DNA from: Xylella taiwanensis
GTDB taxonomy: Bacteria > Pseudomonadota > Gammaproteobacteria > Xanthomonadales > Xanthomonadaceae
Direction of reading: 5' to 3'
DNA length: 32,000 bases
Assembly: GCF_013177435.1 (NCBI RefSeq)
Contig: NZ_CP053627.1
Location: 2,490,001 to 2,522,000, forward strand
The notes beneath the pieces were generated by a model, which was not told the origin of the DNA, did no database searches, and was given only the letters and a program-made list of their open reading frames with translations. A program made the translations under genes and the position numbers. Each line of letters opens with the position of its first letter. Within the stretch, counting starts at the first letter, position 1. Of the stretch, positions 10,748 through 20,329 are shown piece by piece.

Positions 10748-11815
10748 ATGTTTGAGCCAATATGTCTGTGTCGCCTCTATCCAAGACTATCGATACCTGT
10801 CCCCACATTGATTCGCCTACTACCGATATGGTGCTGGCTATGCGCCTGGCCAGCTCTGGCCATCGAAGTCTGCGAATTGCCGCCACGTTACGGTTCTTCT
10901 CCTGCTGCACAAGCCATCGTACGTACTGCATGCGAGGAGCATCGACTCTGGCAACAACCGTTCATCGATCGTCAGGGGCGGATCGCCAGTCTCAGTGTCA
11001 CAGAAGCCGAAAGCGACACGCTGGTCAATCAAGAACTCATTGCCTGGCAACGCGTAGCACTTTACTGGCGTGAGAGTGGTACCCTCGCTATGGTTAACAA
11101 CGAGCCTGGATCCTCCAGCTGTGCCGCGCTGGACGGCAGCCGCTACACCGCCAATGATTGCCGTGCGTTCCTACTCGACACACCTTGGTCAGCAGCGTTT
11201 GTATCCTGGGTCATGACTCACGCCGGCCTCGCTGGATTCCCCAGCTCGCCAAGCCACATTGACTACATTCGCGCCAGTTACCTTGATGCTTCCGGGCCGT
11301 ACCGTTTCGCCAATCCAGGCGTCGAGAAGCCAAAAACGGGAGACCTACTGTGCATGCTACGTGAACGTGACTTTCCGCTCGGCTATGCCGGCTTACGTGC
11401 CGCGCTAGACGCCGGTATCACCGATAATTGGCCCAGTCACTGCGACATTGTGGTTGCCACCAATGTCAACGATGACCACACGCTCTACCTAATTGGCGGC
11501 AATGTGTTTAATACGGTGATGATGCGCAAACTACCGTTGGATCGCAAAGGACGGCTGCAACTGTCAATACTGCAACAGAAAAACGAGGAGAAAGCCCCGA
11601 ATCACAAGCAGAAATGCACCCCGGCACAGGAGAATCACTGTAATTTCAACCAGCGTGACTGGGCAGCATTACTGAAGCTTCGTCCTGATGCAGCCCTGGT
11701 ACCACCTCAGGACGAAGTCGCCACGCCCCCCTCTACTATTGGGCCAATGCCTGTGCCTGCAAACCTCCCACAAGCCACACCACAAGAGTCGACTAAAACC
11801 ATCGAAGAAAAATGA
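10748..11815 (+). CDS. secreted hypothetical protein, DUF2272-like
   Basis: 355-aa ORF. The block DTPWSAAFVSWVMTHAGL ... GDLLCMLR ... HCDIVV ... LYLIGGNVFNTV resembles the DUF2272 family (from memory). A signal-like segment LLPIWCWLCAWPALA is present. An in-frame TTG at 10808 would give a cleaner signal peptide (MIRLLPIWCWLCAWPALA/IE). The C-terminal tail is Pro-rich. Confidence 0.7.
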   Translation: MFEPICLCRLYPRLSIPVPTLIRLLPIWCWLCAWPALAIEVCELPPRYGSSPAAQAIVRTACEEHRLWQQPFIDRQGRIASLSVTEAESDTLVNQELIAWQRVALYWRESGTLAMVNNEPGSSSCAALDGSRYTANDCRAFLLDTPWSAAFVSWVMTHAGLAGFPSSPSHIDYIRASYLDASGPYRFANPGVEKPKTGDLLCMLRERDFPLGYAGLRAALDAGITDNWPSHCDIVVATNVNDDHTLYLIGGNVFNTVMMRKLPLDRKGRLQLSILQQKNEEKAPNHKQKCTPAQENHCNFNQRDWAALLKLRPDAALVPPQDEVATPPSTIGPMPVPANLPQATPQESTKTIEEK

Positions 11816-12271
11816 CACCAATCGCAAACGAACTGCGCTCGAATGATGCACACCAAGCAACATTCAACAGAATGTCTCAACGGCAAGAGGAGGCGCTTCA
11901 ACTTCTCTTGGCTGAGATCAGCCAACCTTGGGTAAAGCCAAATCCAAGTGCTGTAGACATCAATGTCGTTTAACACGTGCTTATGGGTCGTTTGAAGCTC
12001 GGTAAAAGTATTCACCATAGAATTGCCTTGGCTTGAAACTTTGAAAGCAATTTTCCATCGTCGTGCTGTCGTTGCAGTGATTCTTGGTACTCGTACTGGC
12101 AATCAGGCTGTACTACTTAAACCGTTGCCTCCGGATCACTCTATAAAACCAGTAGCACCAAGAGATAACCTACAAGAAAGAGGTTCATGTACTGACTCTG
12201 ATTTTCCTGATCATCCAAGAAAAAACAGCATCTAAAATGTCTACTCATTCATTAATACTAAGCCAAATGAG

Positions 12272-13184
12272 GTAGGGCAAACATCCATTCTTTATAGGAC
12301 ATGATTGGTCTGAAACGGACATAGGGAAGCTCTCCTCATCCACGAGTCTGACTCGTTCAACCTTCATAACACGCTCTAAATGGGCAATACCAGGACACGG
12401 TAACACTCATTGTGCTGAGACGATGTCCCTGTGGCAGTGAGCGTATAAAGATCGCAGCAGAACGATTCGAGAAGGTCGAACACTGTTTTTAGGTACTCTG
12501 CCGGGGCCACGTAGCAACGTCAGTCCGACGAATCTGCAGGTACTCAACGCCATCTTGTATCTGACTAAGTATGGCGGCAAACGGTGTGACCTGCCCAAGC
12601 GCTTCAGCCACTGACAGAAGATCTACACAGGCATGAACCGATGGCGAAGTCAGAAGTGCTGGATCGAGCCTTCAAGCCACTCCAGCAAGCACAGGTCGAG
12701 CAGATAAAGATCCAAGCTACATCGCCGGATAATATCAATGTGAAGGCGCATCCGAACGGCATCAGCACTCCCACACACAGTTCGCCAGCTATCGGAAAAT
12801 TCCTTCGCCAAGAACCATCTCCTCGTGGTGGACATGGGCGCACACCATCATCTGCTCTCTATCACCTGGATAAGCGTGCGATGTGCCGGAAGGTCGAAAG
12901 TGGCTCGGATCAACGAATCGCCTGTTGAACGTACTCATGGAATACATCTATGAAGGCCACCAAGCCTACCCATTGGTGTTTGAATTGAACTTCATTTCCA
13001 TCATGCCACCACTGCACACGCGTATTTAGCCTTGGACATATGACTGCAAAGCGCCTGTTCCGTGGACCCAAGAGCTATATCGCTGCATATGCTCCAAACA
13101 CGAGAAGCTCAATGTCATGTTTATCGCCTTCAACCTGCTTAACTCTGATTACGGATAATTTGCAATCATGTTAGCGGGCCCTAA
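12272..13184 (+). mobile_element. IS5-family (IS427/IS1031-like) insertion sequence relic with decayed transposase
   Basis: Across several frames the + strand reads VLNAILYLTKYGGKRCDLPKRFSH.QKIY..MNRW, then GVLDRAFKPLQQAQVEQIKIQATS.D...VKAHP, and later YRCICSKHEKLNVMFIAFNLL. This follows the order of conserved IS5-family transposase blocks (VLNGILYVLRTGCxWRDLP...W.TVY.RF.RW ; IDST.V.AH ; FR.IATRYDK....F.AF..LA). There are many frameshifts and stops. Possible terminal inverted-repeat remains are TAGGGC...CATGATTG at 12273-12307 and CAATCATGTTAGCGGGCCCTA at 13163-13183. Confidence 0.6.
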
Positions 13185-14105
13185 ACGGCTTGTTCAAAGA
13201 GCACCGTTATCATTCTGATGCCCAATGGATTGTAGGTAACGTACCAACAGATTCCTTAAACACCATCACATCGTGGCGATGTGCCCTTAGTCACGTCAAA
13301 AGTCATGGGAAAAGCATTACGGTTGGTGATCCAATCTCACTGGCTAATCAAACTTACTCCAGCGATTCGAGTGCAACGCGATGTCCACGCTCCTCCTGAA
13401 TGGAAGCCACACTGTCGACATTCAGGGTAACGTTGTTTAAGTCCAACCATCAACACAACACAAACTACATGATCCGTCACTTCATAAGAAAGATTCGTAC
13501 CCATCCTATTTCCACACCATCAAAACTCTAGTCACCCTGAATTTACTACTGCCACGAGATTGGCATATTAAATAAAAAGTTGAAATCCAGAGCAGCATGG
13601 AAATCTATTTCGTTAAGAATCATCCTCATTCATTGGCTCACGTTGTGTTTAGCAAATTCGTACAAATACCAAGATCATTATTGCCATAGAATAATTGAGT
13701 ATTGGCTTTATTTTAAAATAGTGATGCAATGCATGCAGCAGTGCTGTGTTTCTCGATGAAATCACCTGTACGGCGTTGTGATCAAATAAGAGCACTGATA
13801 TCAACTTTATAATATTAAAGCAAACTAGACCACTTCTATTCGTTTCGATGAACCACCAAGCTCCAATATATTTAAAGCATGGGGTCTACACAAAGCACAC
13901 CTAATAGTTAGCGTTTGAGTGATGTTGTTATATTGATCACACTATTATCATAGCATCCAGCCTCACTAGGAGAAATCTTAGAAATGGCGTGGGAGCACCA
14001 CCGAAAACGGTAAGCATATGGCAATCAATGCATCGAAAACATGCAGTTCCGGTTATGGCATGCTGTGAAATCGTACGCTCTCTCTTAAATGGAAAATATT
14101 AAAAG

Positions 14106-14136
14106 CTCACCTGAAGCCTCATCGGCTTCAGGTGAG
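14106..14136 (-). terminator. rho-independent terminator of the multicopper oxidase gene
   Basis: Perfect 13-bp stem CTCACCTGAAGCC / GGCTTCAGGTGAG with a 5-nt loop, 33 nt after the stop codon. On the - strand it is followed by CTTTTAATATTTTCC. Confidence 0.65.
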
Positions 14137-14168
14137 TTAAATGCTGATGATCAGCCGTTTGGATATGC

Positions 14169-16403
14169 TCAGGGCATCTTTGAATGATGTTGCTCTGTCA
14201 TAAGATTCGAAGACGGCCCTACACTATCCGGCAGTGAAACAGCAATATTCTCCATCATGCCCTGATCTTCATGATCAAGGATATGACAGTGCAAAACAAA
14301 TTCTCCTATATAACGTTTATACCGGGTCCGAATTACAAATCGATAGAAATTTTTAGGATCTTTTTTCAAATCACCCGGTAACAAATTTGTTTTCACAAGG
14401 ATGGTGTCCTTCCATTGACCTTTCAACCCTGAAAATTGCGTATCACCATCAGCCTCTACAACGCCAGGTTCACTAACATCCCTACCTTGTGGATCATAAA
14501 TAGCTACGATCTGGAAAGGATTGACATGTATATGAAAAGGATGGCTAACACTATAGGAACGTAATTCCCACTCTTGCGCCTTACCTAAAGGCAAAGTCAA
14601 ACCAACCTTATTAGGATCATAGATGAATAGCTTACTTGGCATATAGATACCATTCGTTTTTTCAACAGAAAAATCATGACTCAAGGCAAATATAGGATTA
14701 TTTTTTTGATCCGCGCCAACAAAAAATACTAATTTTTGTTTTGCTTGACCGCGGACGTCATCTTCAGTGATGTCGCCCGGATGTGGCGTAAACTTTGTCA
14801 ACAAGATTCCGTGGTGGTTGTCCTTCCCTTCAACGTGCGCGATATCTTTAACGATTTCTGCACGAACATTCTCTGGCATAAACTTCTCAGCTGACTTTGT
14901 TAACTTATTAACAAGTGTTGAGGTGATTGCATTTGTGGGGATATTCTCTTTTCCAGCAACGGATACAAAGCCCAATAGACTCTGGGCTGAGGATTCGCTG
15001 TTGATACTACCCGCTTTCGGTTGTTGAGGTTGTATCATGCAATATCCACCTGCAGAAGGAAATATCGTTAACAAATCATAACGATATCCAGGTTGGAGAG
15101 TCACTTTTTCACTCGTGATAGTATGACTCATTGTCAATCCATCGGCTGCCACTATCTGGAAAGGAATAGTTTCTCCAGAGCAAAGCTCCTCGACTAAACG
15201 CGCTGCATCCTGCTTCTTTAAATTACCTGTGTAAGCGCGCTTATGTAATTCATTCAAGTTAATCTTAGGATTTATTTTCCGAAATGTCAGATTAATTGTT
15301 TCACGCACACCTGCATGGATAAGTCTCCAGCGCTCCACATCACCCACTTGTGACTTAAACGTTGGTAATACAATGCCGTTGATACTTGTCCAACGACCGG
15401 AAGCGGGCCATGTACCCGGCCCAAACTGATCATAAGATTCAATGACACCAGTTTCTCCTGGATTACAACTCCAGTTAATTTTTCCATCCTGTGTGCGTTT
15501 TAATTTTCCATCTTTACCCTGACATGCATAAGCAATCTGTTGGAAAAGCACAGTATGTTCTTTGTACGATTTCCCTGTATCTGGATCAATCAATAAGGTA
15601 CTTAAATCCCCATTCGAGGTTGGAGTTGGCTTACGATTACCACGTATAATCAAAGCGCCTGCCATACCGCTAGATACTTGCAAAGCAGTAGAGCCATGGC
15701 GGTGAGAATGGTACCAGAAAGTCCCTTCTGGAATATCATTAGAAAGGTCATACTGATACTCGAAGTTAATCCCTGGATTGATTGACAGGAGGACATTATC
15801 GCTGTTACCAGTTGGACTGATCCATAATCCATGAGCATGCAAATTAGTTCCATTGAAACAATGGGGTTTATCCGCCAACTTATTGGCTGTAGTTTGTTGT
15901 TGCATTACATGGCTATTCAGACAAGTAGCATCAGCGGGTAAATTGTTTTTTAGTAAAATACGAACAGTATCACCAGGATGAGCCTCGATTTGAGGAGCTA
16001 CAAACTGATTAACTTCGGTGATGCGTTTATGATTGCTATCTTCGCCAGTATATCCGCGCAAACGAACTTTTTGAAACCTGTTCGATGAGGGATCATAAAT
16101 TTTACCGTTAACATACCCAATATTTAATACATAATAAACATCTTTGTGATTATTTGGCGACTTGTCGACACCGAAATGATTCTCAAGGATGCTTCTAAGA
16201 GTGGCACTTAGGGGGGGAGGATCTGAGAATAAAAGAGATTCAAATGTATCTTTCCGATTCTTCGCCACATCATCTGGAATTTCTCCAGCCATAGTATGTA
16301 ACGAAATAAAAAGACTAATGATCAATAATAAATTACGCAGATACAATGATAGAGTTTTCTTGGGAGTGTTCATTGTCTTAGGTTTTAAAGTAGTTTCAGT
16401 CAA
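14169..16403 (-). CDS. three-domain multicopper oxidase (laccase/CueO-like), unusually large
   Basis: 744 aa. All four copper-ligand motifs are present: HAHGLW (189-194), WYHSHRHG (230-237), HPFHIHVNPF (621-630) and HCHILDHEDQGMM (705-717). The Sec-type signal peptide lacks a twin arginine (MNTPKKTLSLYLRNLLLIISLFISLHTMAG). The track start is a TTG at 16403; the ATG at 16373 is the more likely start. The gene is AT-rich. Confidence 0.9.
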   Translation of the reverse strand: MTETTLKPKTMNTPKKTLSLYLRNLLLIISLFISLHTMAGEIPDDVAKNRKDTFESLLFSDPPPLSATLRSILENHFGVDKSPNNHKDVYYVLNIGYVNGKIYDPSSNRFQKVRLRGYTGEDSNHKRITEVNQFVAPQIEAHPGDTVRILLKNNLPADATCLNSHVMQQQTTANKLADKPHCFNGTNLHAHGLWISPTGNSDNVLLSINPGINFEYQYDLSNDIPEGTFWYHSHRHGSTALQVSSGMAGALIIRGNRKPTPTSNGDLSTLLIDPDTGKSYKEHTVLFQQIAYACQGKDGKLKRTQDGKINWSCNPGETGVIESYDQFGPGTWPASGRWTSINGIVLPTFKSQVGDVERWRLIHAGVRETINLTFRKINPKINLNELHKRAYTGNLKKQDAARLVEELCSGETIPFQIVAADGLTMSHTITSEKVTLQPGYRYDLLTIFPSAGGYCMIQPQQPKAGSINSESSAQSLLGFVSVAGKENIPTNAITSTLVNKLTKSAEKFMPENVRAEIVKDIAHVEGKDNHHGILLTKFTPHPGDITEDDVRGQAKQKLVFFVGADQKNNPIFALSHDFSVEKTNGIYMPSKLFIYDPNKVGLTLPLGKAQEWELRSYSVSHPFHIHVNPFQIVAIYDPQGRDVSEPGVVEADGDTQFSGLKGQWKDTILVKTNLLPGDLKKDPKNFYRFVIRTRYKRYIGEFVLHCHILDHEDQGMMENIAVSLPDSVGPSSNLMTEQHHSKMP

Positions 16404-18315
16404 AGTAATAATTAAATAACACCTCTATGAAAAATTCAGAATACTAGAAACTGTGTCCATTATTAATAACGTTATATTTTCATCTCGCCAATTTACTATG
16501 CTAATGTAAATTATAACACAGTAACTTGCAAGCATTTCCACACATATTCAGCTAAAGACATATGTAGAAATGAGTAATGAGTCTAAATAAGTAAAAATTT
16601 AGAGGCAATGCTAGCGAAAATATTTTCGTCTGAAAGTGCGGTGGTAGCGATGAATACGCGGAATCAAAGCATCTTCTCATTTCATAATGTTAGCATTTCT
16701 ATACCATGATAGACAGCTAGAGTGACAATATGTGAATAATGCTATGTTTGAAATGACACTAAGCAGTGAATGAATAAAACCGGTAAGCAATTAAGGGGCT
16801 GGATTTATGAAATTTATCCGATTTTTATATTTATTATGTGTTAGTACTGGAATAAAGAACAATAATTGATAACCCATAACACACATCACATGAAAAACGA
16901 AAAAATCTTGTGCAATGTTCTTACACTTACGGATTAAAATCCGTCAACTTTGACATAGGGTTTCTCCTTGAAATGAATGAGCGGCGTGTTAGGGACGCAA
17001 TTTAAAAGGACGAATATCAACACAGCAAGTCACGCCTTTTGAAACAACTAATATGCTATCAGGAGAATGGCTCAACAAGTGCTCTTGGCAATACCAGGAA
17101 ATTTTACTCCCAGGCCAAGCAGCTGAATTTCACGTGCCAGAACCATCATGTATGTCTCAGCTATCATGCCAAATATGATTGCATACAACGTTTAACTTCC
17201 AATATATTTTCCACAACCTTTTACTCTCAAAGGTATAAATAGATTGTTTGTTGTGCATCGATTACTTGTTGGCCCTAATTTTAGCGCTAAAAGATGTTGA
17301 AGTCGCTTGCTTTTTATATCATTCCATAAATAAGCTGCTATTGAATTATCGGCAAATCTCATCAATAAATTGAAGATTAAATTTCACATTATTTCTCAAT
17401 GAATCATCGACGAAAACTATGAATATCAATTGCGTACAGCTAAACAACATCAACATTGATTTTATGTGATTGACACCTATTAATGCCTATACAAAAAACA
17501 GTCTGTTGGTTAGGTCTTAAACCTGATAGATTGAGAAATATTCCTAGAGTAATATATCTGACATCAACATCTGGAACACAATTAAAAATGAAACTCTCCC
17601 TTTTGAGGGATAACGACCATACAGGAATTAATCCTTAACGAATACAACACAAGCTGCAATAAGGAATCATTTGAAATTTTCTCATTATACTGGTTTCCCA
17701 ATATCCAACATCAGCAGAACTACACGCCATACTCCATTCATGTTTCTGACTGTGACTGGCTAAAAAAACTCCTAGGGATATCACATTCCATTATGAGAAG
17801 TGGCTATATATTTTCCAAATATTGATCAAAGATGATCAGCATACATTTCCATGCTTCTTAATCACCTCACTGTAAATAGCCCCGCAGACCTCATCACACA
17901 CTATCTATTTCAGAAAATCAAAGTAGCTCAAATCTCATAATGTACTAACTCGCTTAATCATTCACAGGATATGATCAACATCAGGTTGCACAGGAACAGA
18001 TAAGAAGTACGATGATTGATCTATACATTGAGAAGATCGATCTACTAATAGTTACAAATGGATATGTAATATGAACCACGAATCCATCTTGTGATGATGA
18101 ATCTATCGCAAGGTCATCGTGATGATCGCAGCAGCCGACTCTATCCAGACTGATAAGCACTGAGGCCAATACCGATCATCACGATACCAAGAATTATTGC
18201 CACCCCACACATGATCTCTCACCGGTCTCATAGCTAAGCATCTGCGGATAGATATACTTAGCCCTGGACCTAGATTAGGCCACCAAACCAGATCAGCAAC
18301 CACAGCAAATAAAAT

Positions 18316-19689
18316 TTAAGGCGTAACTTCCATCTGCGCCAAGATAGTTCTGGCCACAGTTTCATAATCCCCATTAAAGTGATGTGTGCCTGGTAAAGCG
18401 ACGCGACGGCTTTGTTGTGGTAATGACGGACACAGCGTTTTTTTATCATCCACGCCGTAGATGCACACCGCGCTTGCAACTTTCAGTTTGACCATCTCTG
18501 GTGCAATCGGTATACCGCCATCGTCACTAGTAATCCAGTTGCTGACATGAAATTCATAGTTCGCGTATTTTCCTAACGACAGCAGCGCAGTCATACGGAT
18601 CATCTGGCGAGTGTTCGAGGAAAGCCGATTGATCGCTGAAGGCAGCACATCTGCACCTTGTGAGAAGCCGACCAGCAACAGCCGGCTACGCTCCCAGTGG
18701 TGAGCATAGAAGCGTGCAATTCGGTCCAAGTCCTTGGCAAAATCTGCGGGAGTACGTTTGCTCCAGAAGTATCGTAGTGAATCCAAGCCCACAACTGGAA
18801 TATCGGCATCGGCCAAATGTCCTGCTACCTTCTTGTCGATTTCGGCCCAGCCTCCATCGCCAGAGACAAAGATCGCGAAAGTGTCACTTTTCTTCTGTGC
18901 TTTACTCGGCACCTCCACCACGGGCAATCCATCCAGGTCGGCTGGTGGCGGCGGCAGAGTCACCCCTTTTTGAGCACCTAACACGCGTAGCGCCGCAGAT
19001 AAGCCGGGCAACAGCAGATCACCACTTGGTCCACGCCTGATCTCACGCCCAATCGCCACTTTGCGAACGAACTCGCTAGTCACTTGTGCTGGACACTGCG
19101 CTGATGGCATCGTTATGACTAGCAAAGGCGTGGCAACCGGCGCCGGCTTGAGACGCTGATCGTTACCCACACCGGCCCCACAAATCGCATGAGCGGGTAC
19201 CGTTACCGGACATAATCCATCGCTCACCACACCAGCAAGTATATTTTCAGGTGCCTGCGCAGCAACCGCATAGGCTAACCCCGAACCCTCGCCATCACTG
19301 ACTAATAATGGCAGGCGATAAGTCTTATCTCGATAGTAAGCTTGCAGATAACGTGACAGATTCTCGACATCGCCCACGGAAAATGCACAACGTCCAGGAT
19401 TAGCAGCAAGCACCTTATACAAACGCTTATACAAACGCGTAGTATCGACTAGCGCAACCATCGCCCCATCCTGTCGTAACACTTCAGCCTGACGTGCACG
19501 CTGATCCACATGCCGAGCATCACCGAACCAGATCACCACGCGCTGTGGCTCACCATGCGGACGCAGGACTTGGATCTGTTCGAACCGGCCGTGCGTGATC
19601 TTCTCTGGCCTAGATTCGGCTGCGACGGTACCCGCTAAGGCAAGTAGAGCAATGCTCTGTAAGATTGACCGGATTTTAGATTGTTGCAT
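18316..19689 (-). CDS. acvB: AcvB/VirJ-family virulence protein (aminoacyl-phosphatidylglycerol hydrolase family)
   Basis: The C-terminal half reads DTFAIFVSGDGGWAEIDKKVAGHLADADIPVVGLDSLRYFWSKRTPADFAKDLDRIARFY...LLLVGFSQGADVLP, the VirJ domain signature. The probable start is the ATG at 19687-19689, giving the signal peptide MQQSKIRSILQSIALLALAGTVAA. The track ORF extends 16 codons further, to 19737. Confidence 0.85.
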   Translation of the reverse strand: MQQSKIRSILQSIALLALAGTVAAESRPEKITHGRFEQIQVLRPHGEPQRVVIWFGDARHVDQRARQAEVLRQDGAMVALVDTTRLYKRLYKVLAANPGRCAFSVGDVENLSRYLQAYYRDKTYRLPLLVSDGEGSGLAYAVAAQAPENILAGVVSDGLCPVTVPAHAICGAGVGNDQRLKPAPVATPLLVITMPSAQCPAQVTSEFVRKVAIGREIRRGPSGDLLLPGLSAALRVLGAQKGVTLPPPPADLDGLPVVEVPSKAQKKSDTFAIFVSGDGGWAEIDKKVAGHLADADIPVVGLDSLRYFWSKRTPADFAKDLDRIARFYAHHWERSRLLLVGFSQGADVLPSAINRLSSNTRQMIRMTALLSLGKYANYEFHVSNWITSDDGGIPIAPEMVKLKVASAVCIYGVDDKKTLCPSLPQQSRRVALPGTHHFNGDYETVARTILAQMEVTP

Positions 19690-20329
19690 GCATTCACACT
19701 TTAGGAACAAGGTTACTAAAGATACCCGATACCACATGCGATGAAAGCAAATGGATGCAACAATGAATGGACTTAATCGATAGCACTGTTACCACTCGAT
19801 TGAGGTAGCCTTTCGGGTCTTCAAACGTAAATGGCATTAAGATACTCACCGAACCATCGATATTCCATTATGCTCCCAGTTCAAGTGATATCGGCACCCG
19901 TGGTGCAGGGTTTGCATGAGCCAACAGCTATGCTTGGCTAAAAGAGGTATCAGGTTCACCCTGAAGCACAATGCAGATTTAGTCTGCAGCAGATCGCTAC
20001 ATCCAGCAGCGTAGCGGAACACACTACGTTGCCATAGTAATCACATCCCAACCTCGCGGTCATGCAACAGGACAACACCAACATAACCGATGCCATGATA
20101 GTAGATACTCAAGAAGATTAATGTTATGGGCAACCATTCCTCTGGATGCTCGAGCCTCATTGGCAATGGTAGCTTGTATATATCCAGGAATGTATTTAAC
20201 CAACCCAGCAACCAGCTGCTATCGATGTGATAACAAGTTGAATCTTGAAGTTTAGAATCTTTATAAACACTCCCATGTATCAGCCAATCGGCTTAATTCA
20301 GAAGTCAACGACAGACTGCATGTCGCCAA

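Noticed and set aside
10641-10931. 96-aa - strand ORF overlapping the 5' end of the DUF2272-like gene.
   Set aside because: It is antisense to the signal-peptide region of the better-supported + strand gene and has no motifs.
11707-12102. 131-aa - strand ORF overlapping the 3' end of the DUF2272-like gene by 109 nt.
   Set aside because: It has no recognisable domain and a substantial overlap with a better-supported gene. It lies in a region adjoining IS debris. It is possibly a gene fragment but cannot be supported.
12641-12928. 95-aa + strand ORF (MAKSEVLDRAFKPLQQAQVEQIKIQATSPDNINVKAHP...).
   Set aside because: It is one surviving frame of the decayed IS5-family transposase, not an independent gene. 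It is covered by the mobile-element feature.
13190-13399. 69-aa + strand ORF just right of the IS relic. Other isolated 60-90-aa ORFs in spacers are similar (6603-6878, 7325-7597, 10074-10307, 12023-12235, 17039-17242, 20245-20439, 20638-20868, 24033-24369).
   Set aside because: They have no RBS or motif support, atypical composition and frequent overlap with each other. They are consistent with random ORFs in eroded DNA.
16807-16869. 20-codon + strand ORF MKFIRFLYLLCVSTGIKNNN with a TAAGGGG SD-like sequence.
   Set aside because: It looks like the stump of a signal peptide from a decayed island gene. It is too short, and no lipobox or downstream frame continues it.
16930-17400. Possible AraC-family regulator fossil on the - strand. 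The fragments are SIAAYLWNDIKSKRLQHLLAL and ...LIHFKEKPYVKVDGF-stop, resembling the two HTH ends of AraC-type proteins.
   Set aside because: The two fragments are ~110 codons apart, where ~35 would be expected. The conserved G, P and S positions of the motif are missing. The resemblance rests on a few residues only. I keep it as something BLASTX could test.
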